The position numbers and the translations under genes were made by a program. A stretch of 64,000 nucleotides of DNA, taken from NCBI RefSeq assembly GCF_020745735.1, contig NC_083419.1:71006096-71070095 (forward strand). Reading direction: 5' to 3'. Positions 1-10,203 of this stretch are shown piece by piece (position 1 is the stretch's first letter; each line of letters begins with the position of its first letter). Under the pieces are notes generated by a model that did not search any database, had not been told where the DNA came from, and saw only the letters and a list, made by a program, of their open reading frames with translations. The DNA is from Hemiscyllium ocellatum (lineage: Eukaryota).

Positions 1-912
1 TCTACCCCCCTCCCCCACTCCAACCTCTCACCCCCACAACGCACAACCCTCCAATCCCTCTGCTCCAATTCCAACCTCATCATTAAGCCAGCGGATAAAG
101 GGGGCGCAGTGGTAGTCTGGCGCACTGGCCTCTACAATGCTGAAGCCAAATGCCAACTCGAGGAACCTCTTCCTACTGCCCCCTCGACCATGACCCCACC
201 CCCCATCACCAAAACCATCATCTCCTAGATCATACAGAACCTCATCACTTACTTCTCTCCAAGGCCCCAAGAGATCCTTCCACATCCACCACAAATTAAT
301 CTGCACCTCCACACACATCATATATTGCATCCGTTGCACCCGATGTGGCCTCCTGTATATTGGGGAGACAGGCCGCCTACTTGCGTAACGTTTCAGAGAA
401 CACCTCTGGGACACTCGGACCAACCAACCCAACCACCCCATGGCTCAACACTTTAACTCCCCCTCCCACTCCACCAAGGACATGCAGGTCCTTGGACTCC
501 TCTATCGCCAGACCATAACAACATGACAGTTGGAGGAAGAGAGCCTCATCTTCCGCCTGGGAACCCTCCAACCACAAGGGATGAACTCAGATTTCTCCAG
601 TTTCCTCATTTCACCTCCCCCACCTTGTCTCAGTTGAATCCCTCGAACTCAGCACCGCCTTCCTAACGTGCAATCTTCTTCCTGACTCTCCACTCCCACC
701 CCACTCCGGCCTATCACCCTCACCTTGACCTCCTTCCACCTATCACATCTCCATCGCCCCTCCCCCAAGTCCCTCCTCCCTACCTTTTATCTTAGCCTAC
801 TGGACACACTTTCCTCATTCCTGATGAAGGGCTTATGCCCGAAACATCAAATTTCCTGTTCCTTGGATGCTGCCTGACCTGCTGCGCTGTTCCAGCAACA
901 CATTTTCAGCAC
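1..912 (+). mobile_element. Penelope-like retroelement remnant with internal deletion: RT N-terminal part fused to GIY-YIG endonuclease and 3' pLTR
   Basis: Plus-strand translation gives SLCSNSNLIIKPADKGGAVVVW (PLE RT N-terminal motif), then jumps to IYCIRCTRCGLLYIGETGR..RFREHL..HFNSPSHS..LIFRLGTLQPQGMN (GIY-YIG domain), followed by a pyrimidine-rich 3' region and pLTR. Contains stops. Confidence 0.9.
817..852 (+). ncRNA. Degenerate minimal type I hammerhead ribozyme motif in PLE pLTR
   Basis: attc-CTGATGA-a-gggc(ttat)gccc-GAAA-cATC-aaat. Core intact; stem III and stem I carry CpG-type changes relative to the copy at 17691. Confidence 0.7.
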
Positions 913-1080
913 TTTCACCTGAACTAGACCAATATCTGGTGGGGAGATTTGCTCGTTCTATTTCAGGAGATTGCAAGATTTGAGAGGGGTGGGGCGGGGG
1001 CTTTCTGAACAACAGTGAAAATAGAAAGAAAGATGACAATGATTCTGAATCAGAAAATAGCACGTTCTTTCGAAAGGACA

Positions 1081-3024
1081 GTCAAGAACAAATCAGAGAA
1101 CAAAGGAACACTGAACACTTAAACTGCATTTATTTCAATGCAAGAGGTCTCATGGATAAGGCCGATGAACTCAGGGCATGTAAGGGAACATTGGCCTGGG
1201 ATGTCATTGCTATTACAGAAACATGGCTGAGGAATGAAAAAGACTAGAGTGGTGCTGGAAAAGCACATCAGGTCAGGCAGCAGCCGAAGAGCAGGCAAAT
1301 CGATTTTCCTGCTCCTTGGTTCTGCCTGACCTGCTGTTCTTTTCTAGCACCACTCTGATTTTGACTCTAATCTCCAGCATCTGCAGTACCCATTTCTGCC
1401 GAATGGAAAAGACTGGCAGCTCAGTGTTCTGGGTTTGAGATGGTACAGGAAGGACAGAAAGAGGCAAGGCAGGGGAAGGGCTGGCATTTTTGATAATTAC
1501 TCCTGTAATTAGAGAAGGTATTTCTGACGGATCATTTAGTGAAAATATATGGGTTCAAATTAGAAATAAGAAAGGGATGATCACCTTGGTGGGGTTTTAT
1601 ATCGGCTCCCCAATAGTCAGAGGACAATTGAGAAGCAGATATCTAGAGAGATCTCAAATATATGGAAGAATAATAAGTTTGTGATAGTAGGGGATTTTAA
1701 TTTTCTAAACATTGACTCAGACTGCCATGGTGTGAAAGTTTTTGATGGTGAAGAACTTGTTCAATTACAAGAAAATGTTTGCTATAAATATATAAATCTT
1801 CCTACGCGAGGCGGATCAAAACTTGACCTTCTCTTGGGAAATAAGGCAGGGCAAGTGACTGAAGTGTGAGTCAGGGAACACTTTTGGACCAGTGATCGTA
1901 ATGCCAGTAACTTTAAAATAGTTGTGTAAAAGGATAAAAGTTAAAGTTCTTAATTGGAGTGAGACAAATGGGTATGAAAGGGTATGAAACAAAAACTTTC
2001 AAAAGTTGATTGGAGCGGAATGATCGCTGGTAAAAGGATGACTGACAAGTGGGAGGCCTTCCAATGTGTGATAACAAGAGTTCAGAAGCATTCTGTTCCT
2101 GTTAGAGTGAAAGGCAAGGCTGGTAAGATTAGGGAACACTGCATGAATAAAGATGTTGAAGTTCAAGTCAAGAATAAAGATAACTATCCATTAGAAAGAC
2201 AAGTGGGATCAACTGAATGTCTTGAAGAGTGTAAAGAGTGTAGGGGCATTCTTCAGAAGGAAATGAGGAAGGCAAAGAGGGGACAGGAGATAGCCTTGGC
2301 AGATAGTGTAAAAATTATCCAAAGAGGTTCCATAAATACATTGAGTGAGGGAGCAACTGGAGAGAGAGTAGGATCCCTTAAAGACCAACGAGGTTGTCTT
2401 TATGTTGAACCTCAAGAGATGTGAGGGATATAAAAAATATTTTGCATCCATTTTTATTGTTAGGAAAGAAATAGAGGCTGGAGAAATCAGGGCTATAAGT
2501 ATTGATGTTTTGGAAGAAGTGCTGGAGATCTTAAAAAACATAAAGATAGATAAACCTGATCAAGTGTGTCCTAGGACGTTGTGGGAAGTTAGAGAGAAAA
2601 TTATACGGCCCCAAACAGAATATTTGTATCATCTATAGACTATGGGGAAAGAACTGGAGGATTGGTGTATGGCTAGTATGTCATTGTTTAAGAAGGGATG
2701 TGAGGAGAAACCTGGGAACTATCGACCTGTGAGCCTGTCCTTGGTGGTGGGTAGGGTTTTAGAGATGATCCTGAAAGATAGGATTTACAGGGGTTGGAGA
2801 GGAAAGGATTGATTAGAGATAGTCAGTCTGATTTAGTGTGAGCAAAATCATGTCTCACATTTGATTGGGTTTGTTTTTGGAAGTAACCAAAATGATTGAT
2901 GAGGACAGAGAGTTAGATGCTGTTTTCTTGGCCTTTAGTAAAGCCTTTGATGAGGCTCTGCATGTTCGACTAATTGGTAAAGCTAGATCACATAGGATTC
3001 AGGGTGGACTTGCCAACTGAATAC
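1081..3024 (+). mobile_element. Degenerate CR1-type LINE ORF2 fragment (APE endonuclease, linker, start of RT)
   Basis: YFNARG, ITETWL, IVGDFNF, LDLLLGN, PVRVKGK and GNYRPVSL-like motifs across broken frames. Confidence 0.9.
1246..1400. mobile_element. Fold-back (inverted-repeat) PLE-terminus insertion inside the CR1 endonuclease region
   Basis: Arms mirror around aaatc|gattt at 1301/1302. Flanked by a 14-nt duplication gaatg[a/g]aaaagact (1232-1245 and 1401-1414, 1 mismatch). Confidence 0.85.
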
Positions 3025-3212
3025 ATTCAAAGTTTGTGAGAAGATTTGTAGCTCAGGTGCTCGTTGTTGTGGTTCTGTTCGCCGAGCTGGGAGTTTTTGT
3101 TGCAAACGTTTCGTCCCCTTTCTAGGTGACATCCTCAGTGCTTGGGAGCCTCCTGTGAAGCGCTTCTGCGCTGATTCCTCCGGCATTTATAGTGGTTTGA
3201 ATCTGCCGCTTC
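3025..3212 (-). mobile_element. PLE pLTR fragment (second family) with an intact hammerhead motif at 3102-3141
   Basis: Minus strand reads gca-CTGAGGA-t-gtc-a-cctagaaagg-g-gac-GAAA-CGTT-tgc. Same family as 51948-52252. Confidence 0.85.
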
Positions 3213-3630
3213 AGTAGGTTAGGATAGTTTTCATTAGAAAAAAGGAGATTGAGGGGAGACCTGATTGAGGTCTACAAAATCATGAAGGGTATAGACAGGA
3301 GAGACAGAGATAAGCTTTTTCCCAGAGTGAAGGATTCAATAACATGAAGTCACGCTTTCAAGGTGAGAGGTGAAAAGTTAAATGGGGATATATGCGGCAA
3401 GGACTTCACACAGAGAGCGGTGGGTGTCTGGAACACGTTGCCAGCAGAGGTTGTAGAGGCAGGCACAGTAAATTCATTGAAGATGCGTCTGGACAGATGC
3501 ATGAGTAGGTGGGGAGTAGAGGGAGAGAGATGCTTAGGAAATGGGCAACAGGTTTAGACAGAGGCTTTGGATCAGCTCAGGCTTGGAGGGCCGAAGGGCC
3601 TGCTCCTGCGCTGTAAATGTTTTGTTCTTT
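3213..3630 (+). mobile_element. CR1 LINE 3' end (RT C-terminus and 3' UTR)
   Basis: RRLRGDLIEVYKIMKG..FTQRAVGVWNTLP..VVEA motifs, ending in the ggccgaagggcctg tail. Confidence 0.9.
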
Positions 3631-3840
3631 GAAGGGAAAATGGCTGCCAGAACCTGTTTGAAATATGTCACTGAAAGCCCCCTCTCTGCCCAAGTCCCAG
3701 CTCATCCACTCAGCTCCCAGCTCCCTCTACCCAGGGCATACCTCCCCCAGGGATGGGGCACAGCCAGAGCCATCTCAGTGGGATTAGAGGGGGGACGGAG
3801 GGAGGAGGTGTGAGAGAATGCAGCAGGTAAACAGTTTCAT

Positions 3841-4490
3841 CCAGTCTGCCTTTGTCTACTCCTACTCTGCATTTTATTGTCTTGGAATAAAGAACAAATG
3901 TATTTTCAAACTGATCAAATTCCTTTTGTCTTTGAGGTTTCTTATTAATTATTGTAAAAAAAATCTCAATTTGAGATTGCCAGGAATCTAATCCAGGTCA
4001 CCTGTTTTGAAGACAGCTACACTAACCAGGATAGCACCATCACTGTGCACTTTAACACAGCACAGTCCCCAAACATAGTTAAAAAGACCTTTATCATGAC
4101 AAATCAAACAGAGTTCATATTGATTCACTGAAAGTGATATTGGGTCAGGTGACGATAGCTTATATGAAGAGGTAGATTTGAAGGAGCATCTGAAATCGGA
4201 GAGGGAGCTGGGTCATGGGTGGGTGCAGAGAGGGAGTCCAGAAATCCCTCTGGTTGGGCTTGGATTCCCCCGGCAACACATCAGCTGGTTCATGGAAAGG
4301 AACAAATAAAGAAACGGGATGATGTCAGAGAACTGGTTTAGTCCAGACTGCCTTTGTCTCCTCCTGCTTTGCATTTTATTGTTTTAGAATGAAAGCCACA
4401 TGTATTCACAAACTGATCCAATTCCTTTGTTCTTTGGGTTTCCTGTTGATCAATGTGAAAATCTAAAAGCGCGATTACCAGGAACCAACA
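3841..4490. repeat. Diverged local duplication of about 150 bp (3841-3990 vs 4342-4490)
   Basis: ccag[t/a]ctgcctttgtct...gcattttattgt...aaactgatc.aattcc...gatt[g/a]ccaggaa is shared at about 500-bp spacing. Confidence 0.75.
3972..4043 (-). pseudogene. tRNA-Gly(TCC)-derived pseudogene
   Basis: The 72-nt minus-strand sequence aligns without gaps to the vertebrate tRNA-Gly-TCC sequence as I recall it, with 54/72 matches. The anticodon and T-arm are mutated. Confidence 0.7.
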
Positions 4491-5026
4491 CGAGGAATTG
4501 AATGGAAACAAAGTAAATTATTGTTGAAAATAAAGGTGCAATCAAAAGACACAGAATCTTTTCAATATTTTATTCCCTTTTTCAACAGGAAACTTCTCGT
4601 GTGTTTTAATTTGCCCAGATGTGTGGCTCAGAGAATTCAGTGAGGAAGAGTGGCTAGGAGCCTGTCATTGCATTTCCCTCTCTCCTGCAGTGAACGATTA
4701 CACCTTCCTCCACATCATTTATTTTTCTCACCTCTTCACTCACTGAGAACGGATTCCCTGGTATAAATGTAGCTTTTGTGTATATTTAATTCCTCTTTTG
4801 GTTTTGCTTCTGTTGTCCCACTTCCTACTAATTGTTGCTGATTACTGACAGCACTTTACCCTGGCTTTACACCTCCAGTCTCTTTCACTTTGCCCCTCAG
4901 ATGGAGTCATTCCTTGCCCATTAGGAAAGGAGTGTTATCATGTTGCTGCTCCTCCTTCTCCTTTCGGTCCATTCGTCACGTGGACTCCTCGTTCCGTTAT
5001 CTGCTGCACCTAATGTTGGCTCTCAG

Positions 5027-5912
5027 TTACTTGGATTGATTCACTAATTGAATTACTGTTCTAACTGGATATGTCATGGTATACTTTAACTGGTCTCTGA
5101 AATGTTTCTGCGTCACCACATAACTAAGGGCATTTGTGCAGCAACTTAAGTTCCTCAGCATGTATCCAATCTGAATAAAGAGATCAAAAGAAACAGAATC
5201 CAAGGAATAACCAGCATTAAAGAAATATAAAATATGCAACAACCAGAGAAGTATGAAGCTGGCAGATATGGCAAAGAGTAAATTCACAGAATTCTTCCTG
5301 CTCTCTACCTCTGGATCATTCTCTGTTTTTCTCTGACCTCTCAGTTCCTTCCGCACCTTAATGGCCTCGAAGATATGTCTGACAGTCAGAATGTTGATAA
5401 AGACAATAAAAGTGAATGGGAACATTGGTGTTAAAAAAGTCTCAAAATATCTAAAACCTATCCACCGAGGGTCGTCATAATAACCAGGCCTGATATAACA
5501 GTACCATGGAACATTATTGATAATCTTTCCAGGGTAATACACAAAGGAGTTGGGAATGTTCTTTAAACAAAAGAAGACGCAGATTGTTGCCAGAACCTTG
5601 GTTGCAGTTTTCCCTGTGCAATACTTAGTTTTCATCTCATGAAAACAATGGCGACAAATTGATCAAAGGAAAAAGCAATGATGAACCACGCAGAACAATA
5701 AATGCTAAAGCGGTTGAGGGCATAGATAACACCACAAACAGGAGTGATTTGCAGGAAACACAATGGATAATAATATTTTCGAAATTGGTGAAGGATGATA
5801 AAAAAAACAATGAACAGTAGATCTGACATTCTCATGGCCACCAGGTAGCGAGTGCTGCACACAGAAAGACCACATTTGCACCGAGCTAAGATTATAATCA
5901 CCACGAGACTAA
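5027..5912 (-). CDS. GPR139/GPR142-like class A GPCR, exon 2, with a single -1 frameshift near 5650
   Basis: Acceptor tttctcttacAG at 5913-5914. Motifs ILARCKCGLS..YLVAM..DLL, SAWFIIAFSFDQFVAI, KTKYCT.KTA, TP..PF..I...N.LTVRHI, LLFAISASFILLW, CTN..YVVTQKHFR and stop at 5027-5029. Family call rests on motif memory. Confidence 0.8.
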
Positions 5913-6715
5913 CTGTAAGAGAAAGGAAAAAATAGATTTGAAGTTACTAATGAAACATTCTCTGTGCATGAGCCCAGACTGTAAGTAATGACACAAAGAT
6001 AATTGCTATTCCATGTTATATGAAGTTTAAAGAATCTCTCTCAACGAATCATTTGCTCTTTTAAAGGACACAGGGAAGAACATGAGCATCAGATTACTCA
6101 CAGAAACATGGTCATATACTCAGGATGTTTTTGGGTCAGCAGCAGTCGATTTCGCCAGCTCCTCAGATGCAACCTTGCCTGCTGTGCCTTTTCCAGTACA
6201 TCGCCCTATCAGCAGTCCCCATTATTTCCTAATTCCTAATGACCTGCTGAACCCACCCATTGCCCTGTTGTCTCTGGGCTCCCATTTGGAGGGAGCTGCC
6301 TGAACAAGACCCACCAACACAATTCCTTTCCATCAAGGAATGGGAAACACCAGGTATCACTGTGAGGTGGGTTGTTACAAAACCCATCTGACCGATAGCA
6401 GGCTGTGAGCTACCACAGAGAGAGGGTGGTCTTCTGAAACCCGTTCTTGACCAGCCAGGTCCGGTGCTCAGCCAAACCCCATCAATGTGGCCTCAGTGTA
6501 AACCATTCTGCACAGTACAGGGAAACCCACAATGCTGCACATTACTGAGGAGCCTCCAAACTGACAAACTATTCACTTTAAACTCAGTCAGTGAGGACAC
6601 TATTATCTGACAGTGGGATTTGCCGAGCTAAATGGAAATATAATAATTTATCAGTTATCTGTAGAAATAAGGATGATTCAATGCAATGGTTTATATAAGT
6701 TGTTCCAACACTTAC

Positions 6716-6782
6716 CAGGAACACCAACAGCAACAAGGATGGTCTCATACACTCTACCAATCCTTTCCCTGAGAAGAAGCAT
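6716..6782 (-). CDS. GPR139-like GPCR exon 1 (MLLLRERIGRVYETILVAVGVP)
   Basis: ATG at 6780-6782; phase-1 donor G|GTAAGT at 6715 splices in frame to exon 2. Ends in the ...GVP motif typical of TM1 in this two-exon family. Confidence 0.8.
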
Positions 6783-7494
6783 TTCGTTGTTTGTGACACA
6801 ACCTTTCCCTTCCTGCTGCTGGCAATCTGTTGGAATTGGAGAATTCTCTCGGAGATGGAGCCGACACAGTTCCAGAGACTTTATTTTATATTGTGTGGTA
6901 TCTCCACTGGGAAACTGTGATTATATCTTCAAATTTTTTAACGCATTTTGAACAAACAAGTTATGACAGCAGGTTTATTTTAATGATGTGATAGCATTGA
7001 GATTTACAGCTATATTTGAATACCCCAAAGGCAGGATTGATCTGATCCTGTTAAGTCTCAAACATTTATGTTTTCAAGTAACAATACTTGCAATATTTCA
7101 CTCACTATCAATCCTATCAATATCTAAATACCTTTTCATATTCTTTTCAGTGATGACCTTCATTCTGCTGAGGTTATCCAGTCGTTCAACGCCTCATGCT
7201 GTTTTTTAATTTTTGAGAGCTGTTCTCCTGCACACTGTTATCCCACAGCTTTCCTTGTTAATTCAGTTACACGACTGATATGGGAATTCTCTCTGAGAAT
7301 GAGTACTCTAACACAAAACCTGAAGCTGATACTGACTGCACCAACAGCTGGAACTTCCACTCGGTCACATTTTCTCAAAACAAATACAAAAATAATCAGA
7401 ACCTTACATTCAAATTAAAAGAGTGATGGCATCATCCAGGACAGAGGTGGCCCTTCGCTCCATCGAGTCTGTATCTCTAAACTCACACTCAAAG

Positions 7495-8281
7495 CTACAC
7501 AGGGCTGGGCAATGGGAAGCCTTCAAAAATGAGATAATGAGAGTCCAGAGACAATATGTTCTTGTTCGGGTGAAAGGCAAGGCTGGTAGGTACAGGGAAT
7601 ACTGGATGAATTGAGAAATTGAGGTTTTATTTGAGAAAAAGAAGGAAACATATGTCAGGTATAGGCAGCAGAGAACAAGTGAATCCTGAGAAGAGTATAA
7701 ATGCAGTAGGAATATACTTAAGAGGGGAATCAGGAAGGCAAAAACAGAACATGAGATAGCACTGGCAAATTGTGTTAAGGAGAATCCAAACAGATTCAAT
7801 AAATACATTAAGGATAAAAGATTAACTGGGGAGACAGAGCCCTGCAAAGGTCAGCAAGGCAGCCCATGTGTGGAACCACAGGAGATGGGAGATACTAAAC
7901 AAATATTTTGCATCAATGTTTACTGTGGAGAAGGTCATGTAAGATATAGAATGTGGGGAAAGAGATGTTGACATCTTTAAAAAAGTTCATGTTACAGTGG
8001 ACATCTCAAAATGCATAAAGATGGATAAATCCCAGGACCTGATCAGGTGTACCCCAGAAATCAGTGAGAAGCAAGTAAAGTGATTGCTGGGCCTCTTGCT
8101 GAGATATTTGTATCATCGATAGTAATAGTTGAGGTGCTGGAAGGCTGAATGTGGGCTAATGGGGTGCCACTATTTAAGAAAGGTGGTAAGGAAAAGCCAG
8201 GGATCTATAGACCAGTGAGCCTGATTGATGGTGGAAAAGTTGATGGAGGTAATCCTAAGGGATAGGGTTTACATATATTTG
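7495..8281 (+). mobile_element. Degenerate CR1 ORF2 fragment (EN-RT linker to RT start)
   Basis: WEAFKNEIMRVQRQYVLVRVKGK, DKSQGPDQVYP and VPLFKKGGKEKPGIYRPVSL motifs. Confidence 0.85.
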
Positions 8282-10203
8282 GATCAGTGATGCTGGAAGA
8301 GCACAGCAGTTCAGGCAGCATCCTAGATGCAGCGAAATTGACGTTTCGGGTAAAAGCCCTTCATCAGGAATAAAGGCAGTGAGCTGGAAGTGTGGAGAGA
8401 TAACCTAGAAGAGGGTGGGGGTGGTGACAAAGTAGCATAGAGTACAATGGGTGAGTGGGGGAGGGGATAAAGGTGATAGGTCAGGGAGGAGAGGGTGGAG
8501 TGAATAGGTGGAAAAGGAGATAGGCAGGTCAGACAAGTCAGGACAAGTCATGGGGACAGTGCTGAACTAGAAGCTTGGAACTAGGGTGAGGTGAGGGAAG
8601 GGGAAATGAGAAAACTGTTGAAGTGTTCCGAGGTGGAAGATGAGGCGTTCTTCCTCCAGGCATCTGGTGGTGGAGGAGCTGCTGTGAAGGAGGCCCAGGA
8701 CCTCCAAGTCCTTGGCAGAGTGGGAGGGGGAGTTGAAATGTTGGGCCACAGTGCGGTGTTGTTGATTGGTGCGGGTGTCTCAGAGATGTTCCCTAAAGCG
8801 TTCCGCTAGGAGGCGTCCAATCTCCCCAATGTAGAGGAGACCGCATCGGGAGCAACGGATAAATAAATGATATTGGTGGATGTGCAGGTAAATCTTTGAT
8901 GGATGTGGAAGGCTCCTTTAGGGCCTTGGATGGAGGTGAGGGAGGAGGTGTGGGCGCAGGTTTTGCAATTCCTGCGGTGGCAGGGGAAGGTGCCAGGATG
9001 GGAGGGTGGGTTGAAGGGGGTGTGGACCTGACTAGGTTGTCACAGAAGGAACGGTCTTTGTGGAAGGTGGAAAGGGGTGGGGGGGAAATATATCCCTGGT
9101 GGTGGGGTCCGTTTGGAGGTGGCGGAAATGTCGGCGGATGATTTGGTTTATGCAAAGGTTGGTGGGGTGGAAGGTGAGCACCAGGGGCATTCTGTCCTTG
9201 TTAAAGTTGGAGGGGTGGGGTTTGAGGGCGGAGGTGCGGGATGTGGACGAGATGCGTTGGAGGGCATCTTTAACCACATGGGAAGGGAAATTGCGGTCTC
9301 CAAAGAAGGAGACCATCTGGTGTGTTCTGTGGTGGAACTGGTCCTCCTGGGAGCAGATACGGCGGAGGCAGAGGAATTGGGAATACAGGATGGCATTTTT
9401 GCAGGAGGTAGGGTGGGAAGAGGTGTAATCCAGGTAGCTGTGGGAGTCGGTGGGTTTGTAAAATTGTCAGTGTCAAGTCTGTCATCATTAATGGAGATGG
9501 AGAGGACCAGAAAGGGGAGGGAGGTGTCAGAGATGGTCCAGGTGAATTTAAGGTCAGGGTGGAATATGTTGGTGAAGTTGATGAATTGCTCAACCTCCTC
9601 GTGGGAGCACGAGGAGGCGCCAATGCAGTCATCAATGTTGCGGAGGAAGAGTTGGGGAGTGGTGCCGGTGTAATTACAGAAGATCGACTGTTCTACGTAG
9701 CCAACAAAGAGACAGGCATAGCTGGGACCCATACGTGTGCCCATGGCTACCTCTTTGGTCCGGAGGAAGTGGGAGGATTCAAAGGAGAAAGTGTTAAGGG
9801 TGAGGACCAGTTCAGCCAAACGAATGAGAGTGTCGGAAGGGTACTGTTGGGGACGTCTGGAGAGGAAAAAACAGATGGCTTGGAGGCCCTGGTCATGGCG
9901 GATGGAGGTGCAGAGGGATTGGATATCCATGGTGAAGATGAGGCATTGTGGGCCCGGGAAACGGAAGTCTTTGTGGAAGTGGAGGGCTTGGTTGGTGTCT
10001 CGAACGTATGTGGGGAATTCCTGGACAAGGCGGGATAGGACAGTGTCGAGGTAGGTAGAGATGAGTTCAGTGGGGCAGGAGCATGCTGAGACAATGGGTC
10101 GGCCGGGGTGGTCGTGGATCTTGGGAAGGAGGTAGAACCGGGCAGTGCGGGGTTCCCGGACTATGAGGTTGGAAACTGTGGGTGGGAGATCTCCTGAGGT
10201 GAT
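8282..10203 (-). mobile_element. Penelope-like element A: RT C-half, GIY-YIG and 3' pLTR, truncated upstream by CR1
   Basis: ORF 9148-9930 has MDIQSLCTSI, AMGTRMGPSYACLFVG, FLRNIDD and LPFL; HFNSPSHS and LEEERLIFHLGTLQ lie at 8567-8749; pLTR at 8282-8400. Confidence 0.93.
8336..8371 (-). ncRNA. Minimal hammerhead ribozyme motif (PLE-A pLTR)
   Basis: Minus strand reads attc-CTGATGA-a-gggc(tttt)accc-GAAA-CGTC-aatt. Core and ACGT palindrome intact; stems I and II weakened. Confidence 0.7.
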
